A stretch of 64,000 nucleotides of DNA, from NCBI GenBank assembly GCA_973895155.1, contig OZ316895.1:23448558-23512557 (forward strand). The letters are read 5' to 3'. The number at the start of each line of letters is the position of its first letter. Positions within the stretch are counted from its first letter, which is position 1. The DNA comes from Marsupella aquatica (Eukaryota > Plantae > Marchantiophyta). The notes beneath the pieces are model-generated. The model ran no database searches. It saw nothing but the letters and a program-made list of their open reading frames with translations, and had not been told where the DNA came from. The translations under genes were made by a program, and so were the position numbers. Positions 24,540-37,689 of this stretch are shown here, one piece after another.

Positions 24540-25842
24540 GGCAACAACTTAACAACTTTTTTACTTAACTTAACATGGTTTACTAGCAATATTTTCAATT
24601 GTACTTAAGAACATCTTTTACTTCACAACTTACATCTTTGTCTAACGACATCCTTTACTTATCGACCATTTTGTACTTAACAAAAAATACTTAATAACAT
24701 CTTTGGTGAAACATCATCTTTTACCTGATGACATCTTAGACATAAAGACATCTTTGGCGCATCGACATCTTTTTACTTCACTACATTTTTCACATAAGAA
24801 CATTTTTTCTTCACGACACCTTTGGCAACACGACATCATAGTTCTTAATGACATCTTCTTACTTCACAACATCTTTCACATATTAACGACATCTTTGGCA
24901 ACATGACATCTTTTTTCTTAACGACGTCTTTGGCAACATGACATCTTTTTTCTTAACAAAATCTGTGGCAACACAACATATTTTTTCTTAACGAAATCTT
25001 TGGCAACATGACACTTTTTTTGTTGACAACATCTTTGGCGAAACAGCATATTTTTTCTTAACAACATATTTTGTGCAACGCATGGGTATTGAGCTATCTT
25101 CGCATATTAAGGACATGTTGGGTGAAACAACACCTTTTTACTTATAACATCATTTACTTCACAATAACTTAGTTTGGCAAAATGACAATTTTTTCTTAAC
25201 GCCATCTTTCACATAATGACATCTTTTACATTTTGGGTGACACAAAATCTTTTGTGCAATGCACGGGTATTTTTCCTCAACGACGTCTTGGCCAACACGA
25301 CATCTGTTTTCTCAATGACGTCTTGGCCAACACAACATCTTTTTTCTTAGTGTCGTCTTGCCCGACACAACATCTTTTCTCTCAACAACGTCTTGGCCAA
25401 CATGACATATTTTTTCTCAACGACTTCTTTGCCAACACGACATCCTTTGTCTCAATGACTTCTTGGCCGATACGACGTCTTTTTTATCAATGAGATCTTG
25501 GCCGACATGACATCAATTTTCTCAACGACCTCTTGGCCAATACAACATTTTTTCTCAACAATCTCTTGGTCGACACGACATCTTTTTTCTCAACCAATTC
25601 ATGGCCGACATGACATCTTGGTCGACACGACATCTTTTGTTCTGAACGACCTCTTGGCCGACATGACATCTTTTGTTATCACCTACATTTTGGCCGACAT
25701 GACATCTTTTGTTCTCAACAACATCTTGGGCAACACGACATCTTTCTTCTCAACAACTTCTTGGCCGACATGATCTCTTTTGTTCTCAATGACATCTTGG
25801 CCGTGACGACATCTTTTGTGCAACGCACGGGTATTGAGCTAG
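24540..25842 (+). mobile_element. Helitron-like 3' portion with a ~36-38-bp minisatellite and multiple 3' termini
   Basis: Degenerate units of the form TCTTGGCCGACA(T/C)GACATCTTTTGTTCTCAACGAC. The element ends TTTTGTGCAACGCACGGGTATTGAGCTAG|T (CTAG at 25839-25842), matching the plant Helitron hairpin-plus-CTRR end. Internal copies of the terminus occur at ~25070 and ~25250. Confidence 0.7.
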
Positions 25843-26104
25843 TAGATAATAATTCTGAATTTTCTCATCCACATGATGAGTCATGGAGTTACTGTGTAGC
25901 CCGCGGGCTGTCTAGAGGCTTCAAAAGCCTAAACCACAACTCTACTTTATAGTTGACGCTCTATAAGTAAGATTCTCATAACCTTACAGATTTCTTTATC
26001 TTTACTTTATTGTGAAACCATTTTTTTAATATACAGAGTTGAAATAGTGTATAATAATCTTACTGTTCAAACAATCACCTGAATATGGATGTCTTCGAAC
26101 TAGC

Positions 26105-28037
26105 CTACTCTATCCCCTCAAGCTCCTCCTCATTAGGACCCATCAGCTCAGGCTTTTTTTCTCTCTTGAACGGTAAACATGTGCTGAGGAACCACTGTCC
26201 AGGGGAGAAGAGAATGCGAGGGACCTTAACAACCCCAGAGAGTATTTGGACTACACCTCTCATCGAAGGCCGATCCTGAGGTTTGAATTGAGTGCACAAC
26301 AACCCAACCTTCAGCACCATTTCCAGCTGTTTAGCGTCATACTCACCGTGGCGTTTATCGACAGTACTTAGCAGGTGACCTTCACTATGAGCACAACGTA
26401 CCCATTGCACAAGACCCACATCCTTTGCAGCACTTGGAAGAACTCTTCGGCCACATGCAACCTCTAAGCTCACGACACCAAAAGCAAAAACATCGGCTTT
26501 GTCTGAGAATTGTTGGTCAGAGAATACTTCTGGAGCAATGTACCCCATGGTTCCGGCCATTTGCGTTCTTGCTGCGTTCCCTTGATGATCAACCATTCGA
26601 GCAATGCCAAAGTCCCCTAGCCTTGCCTTCCACTCCTTGTCCAGCAAAATATTTGAACACTTTATGTCTCGGTGGATGACTTGCTGGTTCAAGCCTTGAT
26701 GCAGATAGTCGAGGCCATCTGCAGCACCAGCCAATATCTTTAACTTTTGCGGCCAAGACAGCGAAGTCGTTCCTTGGGTTGCCTTAAACAGCACGTCGTC
26801 TAGACTGCCATTGGGCATTAGATCGTAAACAAGCATGTACTCCCTTCTTTCCGAGTCATCACAATATCCTCGAAGCTTGATCAAATTCCGGTGCCTCACC
26901 TGGCTTATGATGAAAACCTCACTCTTGAACTCCTTCATGCCCCGACTCCGGGTGGCATCACCATTCATTCTCTTGATTGCCACCTGAGTGCCGGACTTCA
27001 GCTTTCCTTTATACACAACCCCAAATCCTCCTTTCCCTAGTATTGACTCGTCACTGAAACCTCCAGTGGACTCACTCAGCTCAGCGTACTTGAATTTCTG
27101 GGGAACTCCCTCCAATTTAAGTATCGAATCTTCTGCAGACAATAATTAACAACAAACAATTCGTCACAAAGAGCAGAACTTCGTCGGGATCTATAGACAT
27201 TCTCACTACGTACTGAACTCAACTTAATTTCAAAGTTCTCCCGGCAAAGCCTAGCTAGCCAACGTCACAACGTGATGTGATACTGATGCTTCCTCCCTTA
27301 CATTTGGTTTATGGAGAACATTGCTTGTGTACATTTAGTGAAATTTTGGTACAATGTGCCAATGAGATTATTCTACTTTGACTTGGATTTTAAATGAGTT
27401 GAGATCATCTTTCAATCATTGACTTGGATTTTAAATGAGTTGGGATCATCTTTCAAACCCTATCACATGCATGATCGAATTAAATCTAATTCTAGAACCA
27501 CGGGCCAGGTGGATCGATCCCACTCCGTTGCAATCTCGGCAGTCTCGGCAGATAAAGCTGAAGATCGGTGTCCGACCAAGCCTCGTGAGCACGACGATTC
27601 TCAGGTATATTCGAAAGAACTTCAAAAGAATCAGCAATCTAAACGGGCGGACAGAAGCGTGAGTTCAAGAAATTAAAGACAATTTACAACCCTGGGAGCT
27701 AGAGACCACCTAAGAAAACTCTCTAACACACCCATACAAAATAAGAAAGAAAGTAGCTCCACATCATCTAGGTAGACCATCTGAGGTGCCCACTCGAAAG
27801 TGGTACGTACGTGGTCAATACAGTTGGCAGTTCCTAATTCGAAGTCGGTTTGTGTCAAATAATATCTCGCAAAGCACATAGCCTCGCTGAGTGTGTAGGT
27901 CAGGCGTACGTTTCAAAGGTCTTATACAGAAGTGAACAAATGTATGCCAGGTATTGGAATCAGCACGTGTACAAGTTCCGATCAACAGGCACAGGCAACG
28001 AAGGGCACTCACCTTGCATATGCACGGGCACCTCCAT
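26105..28037 (-). CDS. Receptor-like cytoplasmic kinase, LecRK-like (copy 2, ~350 aa)
   Basis: First coding segment 28037-28013 (MEVPVHMQ, G|gtgagt) joins exon 27132-26105 in phase. GKGGFG, VAIK, HRDIKCSNILL, DFG and APE are all intact. Confidence 0.9.
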
Positions 28038-30196
28038 ATCGTTGCAATCTCTTGGCTTAGACGACAATTCGCCGGTATGTGTATGTTTGCTGCTACTGTG
28101 AACGTCAACTTCCAGAGATAGATACATTCCATAAATACGCCTTTCCGTCGATCTCCGGCCGTCCTGGGATTCGAAAACGAATTCACATTGCACCGAACTT
28201 CCGGCCTCCTCAATTCCAGTTGATCAGTCGTAATCGCTGGAGGGATCGGTAGCAGAAGTCAGGATTCAAACCGAGCCTGACCAGTACAAGGATTTTTCGG
28301 CCTGTGCTCAGTCGAAACTGAAAACACTGCCATCAACTTGGGCAGAACGGAGAGAATACAAGGAAAGAATCACCAAATCTAGAAGAGAGAGTATTTACTG
28401 TAGCTAGTAAGACGTCCATCGAACACCCATATATACAAGCTAACAGCTGTGAAAGACGGAAAGAATTGAAAGACAGAAAAACAGAAAAACAGGCCGGAAA
28501 ACAAGCAGAGTACATATATATATATAGGTCCCCATCATCGATCGAAACCCTCCAAAGAGCCTACACAGGTAGATTCTCTTACCAGATTAGTTTGCGATTG
28601 CCTTTCGTTCAGAACAACAGCATGATGAAGAGTTTGCTGTGCAATTTAGACAATCTAAGTAACGCTTTCAGGCAATCTAGGCCTACGTATTGTCTGATCG
28701 AAACACCGGCCGTGGCTCCATTTCTGAAAGGGACAGGCATGCGCGAGCAGTCTGTTACTGCGTTGACGCCCTGCATGCATCTCCAGTCATTCTCGACTCC
28801 AGATCTATCGATGCAAGTTGTGGGCCGAGAGTGCGTCTCTTTCATGTGACTAATGCTCTCGGCCGCGACAGTAAGCGTCAATCTCTGACTTCCTAGTCAG
28901 CTATGGATCATTCTTCCGAATTCCTCTCGTCTTGCCTGCGAACCATCCATAGAAGGCTGGAGCACAGGAAGGCGAGACGCTGGAAGGCTCGTCTCGCCTT
29001 CCATCTTCGATGCCTAAAGGGAACTCAGATTCAACCCATCTGACACAAGAGGAGTTGTTTGTGCAAATCGTTGACAAGTCCACGAAAATCAAGGAGTAGT
29101 GGTATACAGTCAGTCCCAGTGCATAAGTGCACTGTCTCTAAGTGCATGGCCCCTCTCCAGGAAAAAGCCCTTTCAAAAAGGCCCATGCTGAGGGCAGTCC
29201 CTGCTAGGTGTCTTTCAATGTGCTTTTTGGGCAGGTGGCACTTGTGACATGTCCGTCACACTGTGACCATTGGATCTATGAATGGTCAGATCTGACATGT
29301 CCGTCACAGTGATTTTGGCAAGTAAGCCACTACAACTTTTTGAAAACCGCATTACATCATGCAAGCCGCAGCACCTACTGGTAGTAGCAACTGTGCAAAA
29401 ATTTGCACGGAAATTAAGGAAACATTGTCTGGTACCTTTAAGGGGCCCCTGCCGTGTTTAGAGCCTACTTACACCTCCCAAATTGACCTTGGGGGTGTTA
29501 CTTCCACAAATGGGCAGAAACATCAGGTCATTGTATTGGTTCCAAGGCAAGACTTATGAATTTTATTAGAAGAAAATCTGTGTCTTTCAAATACTATTTT
29601 ATTTTATTTTTATTTTTAGTTTTTGAAAGGGAGCATGGCCCAGGAAATTTTATTCGGGAACACCCAGGCAAAAAGAATATATCTGCCTGGAAGGAGGAGG
29701 CAGAGAATGGGACTCGCCCAAAAACAATTAACGGGGGCTGAGAGAGAGAGCACACCCAGAGAAAATTAGGGGGGGAATCTCCCAACTGGATTGCCAGGAA
29801 GGAGGGGCAAGCCGAAGGTGGGAAGGAGGGCCCCCAATGGATAGAAGGAAAACAAAACAAAAACTACATGAACTGGAGCCAACAAACAAATCTGGTATCC
29901 GCTAGAAGTCGTGTTGAACAGCCGCCAATCACCATCTCCACTGGTTGACCACCCAAAATCTAACTTCTGCCAATGTTCATGAACCTCCTTACATGTCTGG
30001 TCTTACCCTCGCCTTGATCTCCAATATATGTGTTTGTATGGTCTGGGCTCAACAACTGCAGGATCAGCCTTGAGAACCATCAAACCGCCGCCATCCAGTA
30101 CATGAGCCTAGGAGAATGAGCCAATCATCTCCCTCCTAGCCATATGATCTCAGCACCACATCCTCCTGCCAATAGATGTCCTGCTGCGATTGGTTC

Positions 30197-30540
30197 TGTT
30201 GAACTATGACATCTTGTTTCATGACGATACAATCATTACTCATTCCATTCACACGTAGTCGACACAATCTCTACGTGGTTCACTCAGGGGTTCACCTCTT
30301 CTCCAAGGCTACATCCACACGAACACTCAAGCTTTACTCCAAGAGTAGACAAACACACATGCTCTCCCTTTTCCTCAAGTTGCTCCATTACAATGAGTAA
30401 GCACAACACACCAGCGGCTTACACTAGCCCTGGTATATACAAGGTCACACACGACTAACCTAACCTCAGCTAAGACCCTAACTATGGTTAGCCTAAGTGC
30501 CGTAACCTTTGAGTCACAAGACTAAGAGCAATCCTTAAGA
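30197..30540 (-). mobile_element. Solo LTR (344 bp), same family as 6115-6458, opposite orientation
   Basis: Flanked by GGTTC at 30192-30196 and 30541-30545. The reverse complement begins TCTTAAGGATTGCTCTTAGTCTTGTGACTCA (first LTR: TGTTAGATATTGCTCTAGTCTTGTGACTCA) and ends TTCAACA. GTGAACCACGTA and TGTGTCGACTA are shared. Confidence 0.85.
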
Positions 30541-30589
30541 GGTTCTACTGATGACTGGAAAGCGAAGAGATCCGTGGAATAAATTGTTT

Positions 30590-30785
30590 AATTCAAATCT
30601 AATTTTGAGACTATAAGGTAAGAACATGAGCATCTTTTTAATCAAACATTGGAATAGTCCAAGATTCCAGCTTAATAAGGGTTTTGAGAAAATAATAATT
30701 ATTTATTTTCTTCCATTTTAGAGGGTTCAAATCCTACAATGGTCGCAGGTGATGAGGAGGCCCCCACATAGTGAGACCCCCAAGA
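30590..30785 (+). repeat. Dispersed repeat, copy B (copy A at 6540-6725)
   Basis: Contains GAGCATCTTTTTAATCAAACATTGGAATAGTCCAAGA and AGTGAGACCCCCAAG. Confidence 0.65.
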
Positions 30786-31899
30786 TATAGACCAAGGATT
30801 TTATGTCCCACAGTTGCACTTTTGCATATCAGGTCACCACAGAGCAGCTGCATTGGTTGCCACAATTCTTAAAAAAACCTCAAGTACATGCAACATCGAA
30901 ATGTATTCATTGGGAGGTGCAGCCAAATCCTTCAGAAAAAATGTGAGTTCCTGCGGCATAATGACAGGATTCATGCAGAAAAATGCTAGTTCATGTTGTG
31001 TACCCTGCACTTTGCAATGGGGTTGTCGCAGGGTTGTGGTGCTTGCCACTGGGCTGTAACCACTTTAGGGGCTCCATAGGCGGGTTATGGGGATAGGGGC
31101 CTTTGCAGGTTCCTTTTGAAAGGTGGGCCTAGGTTGCCAAGGTTTCAGTTTTCCACTTTTCTTGCCAGGGCCCATCTAGTTTACTGTCATCCCACAATTT
31201 TTGGAGTTTTGATTTGCCTAACTAGCTAGCTCATAGGAGCCTGGTTATGATCTCACACAGAACGAGCATGAGTCAGAGAGTGGCAAGACTTAGTTGAATG
31301 CCAGTCATATGCAAATTTGGGTTCACCAATTGCAATGTTGTCATTTTGATTGAGGTTGTTGTTCCGGAAATGAGGTTGTTGGGGAGGGCAAGGGTAAAAG
31401 GACACAGGAGGGCCCAAGGGAGTGTGAGACAGGTGGCAGCAGCCTCAGCATCATGAGGTCCACACAAGGTACAAGACATTACAAGGGAGAGATAGGTTTT
31501 TCTTTTTCCCTGGAGCTCCCCTTTTCTTCCTCCCCCACCCCGTGCAAGGGAGGCTGTGGGGGTCAGGGAGGGCAAGGGTGAGGGCAAGGCTACCATGTGT
31601 CCACAGAGGACATGAAGGGCCAGGACTGCACAGGCTGGTAAGGCGGGCACAGAGGGCGCGGCTGGTGAGGGGTTTAAGACTGGATCCAACGGTGCCTCAA
31701 AACCCATTTTTGAAACAAACAGTCAGGGATCATTCCCATTGATCAAAAAATTGTAACAAACCATTGATCCCCCGGAAATCAATCATTTGGCAGGTTGGCA
31801 TATATATTGATGGTATTATATTATATTTATTCTATATCATAACTCCATGTTTCCTGGGCATAGTGCACTACAATGCCCCCAAAACAGGGCTTTAGCTCA

Positions 31900-32700
31900 T
31901 TCAAGTATTGAGCAGCTATATATTATTGCTCATAGTGCCCTGATAACAAGCAGTTGGCCCGCTTTAAATCATGAAAGATTTTCCACTCCTATTTCCGGTT
32001 CTTGTTCTCCTTTGTTTGAAGACAAACTCAAATTTCATGCAAATTGAGAATATGGGTGTTTACCAAGATACCCCGCAAGAGACAAGTAAAGGACAAATTA
32101 TCTCCCAAATGCCTTTTGACAGCCAACAATGATCATGGCATTCTCTTCCATAAAATACAAAAAATATAGAGAAAAACCTTGAAGGGATTAGAACAACCAG
32201 ACATGCAGTTTTCCAAGACATTGTGCATAATTATGTGCATTGGGATAACTGCATTCTGTGGATAAGTGCTGCAAAACCTATTATCAGCACTTAAGTAGCC
32301 TGCATCCATTACCAGGCTCTCCATGTATAAATATATTTAATCTGCAGGCTTCTCCATTTGGAGAGATCGACAGAATGAGATACTAAGAGAGACTGAATGG
32401 GATGTTTGTCAGACCTTTGTTCCCAATGCGTGGCTAAATCATAATCACCTCTTGGGGTCGGTATGACGACAATGAGTGAAGGCACCTGTAGCGTCAACTT
32501 CTATCTTCTAGAAGGCAAACTGTATATCACAACATTATTTTGTTATAGACTCCCCCACTCGCTTAATCACTTTTTTTTATTGATACACTATTTCAATTTG
32601 TGGAAAATGAATCTGAGCCGATCTCCACATTTGTCAAAACACCCTGGTCTACTTTTGCAACAGGGACAGAGTGCAGCCAAACCCTCTTTTCTGCTCAGAT
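31900..32700 (-). mobile_element. Possible heavily decayed Ty3/Gypsy integrase remnant
   Basis: Broken minus-strand frames give weak integrase-like words (IPTPRGDYD, FCSTYPQN, NPFKVFLY) in the expected order, with many stops. Confidence 0.25.
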
Positions 32701-34193
32701 GATTGAGTTACACTCGAGAGTGGAATTATATAATAGAAAGCAGACATGTATGTAGTAATCCCTTGTTATGAGGGAAAGAGGTATCTAGTTTGAGTGTTAA
32801 GGGATTCATACTGCCCATGGGTCTCCCTAATTGGAACCTTCAAGAGCTATGGTTACCCACATAATACAAATTTCACTCTTAACAAGAGTAATTTCTTTCT
32901 TGAAATAATGGAGCAAACTTGCACCTGGCACCTCATACAAAAGAAGTGAGTGGAATGTGGAAAAAGAGAGGTCTTGCTTCCTCCTTATGTATGGGCAGTG
33001 ATGGTTTAAGAAGCGTGAGATTTTCTATGTTTAGTAAAAGTGGAGGGGAAGTTTCATAACTCCTTTAATAATACTAATGTGTATGGCATTTCTCTATAAA
33101 GCACCGACCAAGACAGAGAGCCAAAATAATCACAAAGGGCATTAATGCCCTTGTTACACCCATGACCCTCACAGAATGACACGTTGACACTTTGAGAGCG
33201 ATCAGTCTGAGAATAATCTAGCATTCCCTCACTTTTCCAGAAACTGTGTCCAGGATTTGCGGGCACGACAACGGCAGCACTTCGGCGTGTTCACTCTGAG
33301 TTCTGCGTCGAATTCGAGGATGGACGACGAGACCGGAGTCGAGAGAGCAGCAAGATGAATTTGGAAGAACGATCCATGGAGGTGAGCTCGCCACTGTGGC
33401 AAAAAGATTAACCTTACTACTTTGCAGTTGTGACAAACACCCAAGTAAATTAACGCTTTCTAGGCCCAGAAGTTGCTTTATTGATGCATAATTATATATG
33501 GGAGTCGGGAGAGGAGATGAAGGGCGGCAACGATCGATGGAATAGACTGCACACGCATGGCCCTAGCCTTCAAGGAAAGGAATCCCGGCCGACCTTTCCA
33601 ACAACTTGTAGACATAGATTGTCTGAAAGCGTGCCCTACGTTGTCTGAATCGCACAGCAACACTTCGTGATGCTGTTATTCTGAACGACGCATTTGGTAC
33701 GAGAATCTACTTGTCCCGGGCTCTCCAGAAGGTTTAGTTTGGATGATGTGAAGCTACTCTACTTGTTTTGGGGAGTCTCTTTAATTTCCGTGTCTTGGTT
33801 TCTGTCTTTCACAACTGTGAGCTTGTATGGGTGTTCGATGGACGTCTTACTACAGTAGACACTCCCTCTTCTAGATTTGGTGATTCTTTCATTCTATTCT
33901 CGCCGTTCTGTCCAAGTGGATGGCATAGTGTTTTCAATTTCGGTTGCGCACAGGCCAACGAATCCTTGTACTGCCCAGGCTCGGTTTGAACCCTAACTTC
34001 TGCTATCGATCTCTCCAGTGATTGCGCGCGACGGATCAACTGGAATTGAGGAGGGGATTTGGTGCAATGTGAGTTCGGCTTCGAATCCCAGGACGGAGAT
34101 TGAGGGAAAGGAGTATGGAACGGATCTATATGTAGAGGTTGACGTTCACAGTAGCAGGAAACCTACACCGGCGAGTTAGTGTTGGTTGGCGAT

Positions 34194-35813
34194 ATGGTGA
34201 ACGGTCAGTGTTTCCTGTGCTTGTGGAGTGGAATTGGTGGCTTGATTTTAAGACGTTTGTGTGTGTGAGATAGCTCTCTTAGCTGGTGTCTCCCAGGGGT
34301 TGTTAATTCTCTTCCTGAAGTCGGGCTTCTTTCCGTCCTGACAGCTTATTCTTGTGATCGATGTTTCGTGGAACATACCCGAGAATTGTACTCCCCATAG
34401 GCTTTGGTCGGATACCGAAGTTCAGCTTTTTCTGCCGAGACAGCAACGGAGTGGGATTGATCACCCCGTGATTCTGGGAGTAGAATTGAGCTACACTGTG
34501 GCCATGTCTTCGTTGGATCATGAACAGTTGTAACTCATGACTAGATAAATTTATGGGCGGCCTTCAGGTTGAAACATTATCTGGATCATTCTTAGTGATC
34601 CAAGTCAAGGTAGAATAATGTCAGAGCATATTGCTCCAAAATGTCACTTACAAGAGTATTTTTCATAAACAGAGTGTCACGGAGGAAGCATCAGTATCAG
34701 GCTGAAGGATTTTGATTGGAGAACTTTGAGCATTTCTGAAGTTGAGTTCAATATTCAGCATCTCGATTGTTCCCGAAGATGTTCTACTAACTGTTTTTGA
34801 TGACTTGTTTGTTGTTTTTGTCTGCAGAAGATTCGATACTTGAATTGCAGGGAGTCCAGAGATTCAGCTACGATGAGCTGCGTGCCTCCACCAGAGGCTT
34901 CAGCAAGGCGTCAATACTAGGGGGTGGAGGGTTTGGGGTTGTGTATAAGGCAACGTTGAAATCCGGCATTCAAGTGGCCATCAAGAGAATGAGTCGTGAT
35001 GCCACCCGGAGTCAGGGCATGAAGGAGTTCAAGAGTGAGGTTGTCATCGTAAGCCAGGTCAGCCACCGGAATTTGATCAAGCTTCGAGGATATTGTGCTG
35101 ACTTGCGCCGAAAGGAATACATGCTTGTTTATGATCTGATGCCCAATGGCAGTCTAGACGACGTGCTGTTTAAGACAACGCCAGGAACAACTTCGCTGCC
35201 TTGGCTACAAATGTTAAACATATTGGAGGGCACAGCACATGGCCTCGAGTATCTGCACCAAGGATTGACGCAGCAAGTCATCCATCGAGACATAAAGTGT
35301 TCAAATATCTTGCTTGATAAGGAATGGAATCCAAAGCTAGGGGACTTTGGCATTGCTCGGGTGGTAGAGCATCAAGGGAAAGCAGCAACAACCGAAATGA
35401 TTGGAACCATTGGTTACATTGCTCCAGAAGTATTCACCGAACAACGATTCTCAGACAAAGCCGATGTTTTTGCTTTTGGTATTGTGATCTTAGAGGTTGT
35501 ATGTGGACGAAGAGTTCTTCCAGGTGCTGCAAAGGGCGTGGGTCTTCTGCAATGGGTACGTGCTGCTCATAATGAAGGTCACTTGCTAAGTACTGTGGAT
35601 ACTCGACACGTTGACTATGACGCTAAACAAATGGAAATGGTGCTGAAGGTTGGGTTACTTTGCACTCAAGTCAACCCTGATGATCGCCCTTCTATGAGAC
35701 GCGTAGTCCAAATCCTCGCTGTGGTGGTCAGGCTCCCTAACATTCCCACCCCTGGACGATGGGTCGTCAGTAAAGGTTTATTTTGCGTGGAAAAACTTTT
35801 TAGAATTCCATAG
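34194..35813 (+). CDS. Receptor-like cytoplasmic kinase, LecRK-like (copy 3, ~331 aa), inverted relative to copies 1, 2 and 4
   Basis: First coding segment 34194-34203 (ATG GTG AAC G|gtcagt) joins ctgcag|AA GAT at 34828, and the exon runs to 35813. Kinase motifs GGGGFG, VAIK, HRDIKCSNILL, DFG and GTIGYIAPE are intact. Upstream 33280-34190 is homologous to the other copies. Confidence 0.88.
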
Positions 35814-37689
35814 ACAGAAGCAGCAAACAGAAGGCTGGCAGCCAAGAGGCAGAGCTGAGGGGGAACCGGCCCCAGTGTTAAATATTTAGATTGTTTTGTT
35901 GAAGCAATCTTTAATTGTAAACTTTTGCAAACTAGTCGAGTCGAATAGAAGGGCATACGTGTTTTAGTATATGAGTTCTTTGGCATTCGATCTAGGATTC
36001 ACTGTATAAGGTTCACTGTAAATACGTTATGATCTAGGACGTAGTTGAATCTACTTGATTCCTCCGACACACTCCCTGAGAATAGCTCAGTAAAGCAGTA
36101 TTCGAATAGGCCGCAGCAGTTTTGATCTGAGTCTCTGTGACAGTGAGAGTGCAGAGGCGCGCTTCAGCTTTTTTCTCGTGGTGTGAACAGTCGACCTCGG
36201 TTAGCTTGGTGTATGATGAGAGGCTGGACCAGTGGGGAAGAGCATTGGACCTGGCCTAATTTCGGATGACCAGCCACCAAACTTGCAAACAGCCTGATCG
36301 CGCGGCTGTTTGGTGCATGAGCACGGGTGGGAGTGCTCTTCTTACACTTGTAAAATTTGCCACTACCACCTTCAATCCATCCATCCATAAAGGTATCACT
36401 CATGTTGTGGACATTTCTTTGCTCTGTAGTTGGAAGCTGTAATACAACTTCTCTTCATCTAGCATGTGGCCTTAATTAGTTATTCCTGTTTCCTCTATAA
36501 CCCTTGACAAGCATTTCGCTCTTTTCACAACTAGTCCATACACCGGGACATCTTTCAATGGCTACAACACCTATTAGCGATAAGGGTTCCAAGTTGAGGA
36601 GGAGCATCATCACGGACTATTTCACAAGAACCTCCACATCATTGACCTTATTTTCTGGTAATTCTGATTCATGTCGCCAAAGTACTCCTGTTCCAGACAC
36701 GGGAATGTGAGCGTCAAACAAATAGGCGCTCCAAAGTACCAATTTAGAGTTGTCCATGATACAGCCGAATGGGGGTTAGTCAACTGTTATTTAGGCACTA
36801 ATCCAGGGTGAACTGAGCATCATTTGTCTCTAAGATGAACTACTCAGGATTTGAATAGGGCTGAAATCAGAACCAGACTCCTCTGAGTTCTGAAACTATG
36901 GCGGAAGAGCATTTCCAAAGGTCAGTTACTGGAAGGAGTAAATACCCAGTCAGACAACACCCTAGTAGTGGTCATGGTCAAGTGATTTTTGGCCGACCAA
37001 ATTTGTACAAGACAGTTGAGATTTTTACTTTCTTTTACAAGACGGGTTACAAGAGACAAGTATAAGAAAAATCTCAAAATTCCCTTGCACACTTGTGATG
37101 GGCATTGTTTGCCATACAGAAAAATACAAAGTCACAGATAAATCTTGAAGGGATTCAAGTTTACAATAGAGTGCTTCTGATCAATGTGAGAAATATAAGT
37201 TATATCATGGGGTGAAATGTTGGGTGATCAATGTTGTTCAATTGTTGAGTCAGCATATGACGACTCATGAAACAATGGTTGAGGTGAGTCGTAGTAAACT
37301 CTATTGTAAACTTGAATCCCTTCAAGATTTATCTGTGACCAGCAAACCATTACCAAACCAAGTCATCTATAAATGGGTCCCTTGTGGGTCCCCATTTTGC
37401 TTATGTGACTGTGCATGTTTTGTTGTCAAAAACTTAGACCTCCTCTTGAGGTGATCTAAAAAACTAGAGCAAACTGCCTCTTCTTTTCAAGGAATTTCAT
37501 CACATTTTGGCACAGGCATTTTAACTTTGAGCTTTTAACTACATTGTCACTAAGGATATTCTAATTTACAATATTGTCATTGTTTTTATATTGTATTTAT
37601 AAATATGCCAGGTTTTTGCTCAGGTTTTTGTATATATTCACCAATGTTATTTTGCTGAACTTGTCGTCTTTATAGAAAACTATACGGCA

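Noticed and set aside
34050-34100. tRNA-like words (TGGTGCAATG...TTCGAATCCC) in the kinase leader
   Set aside because: The spacing is too short and no cloverleaf can be formed, so this is not a tRNA gene.
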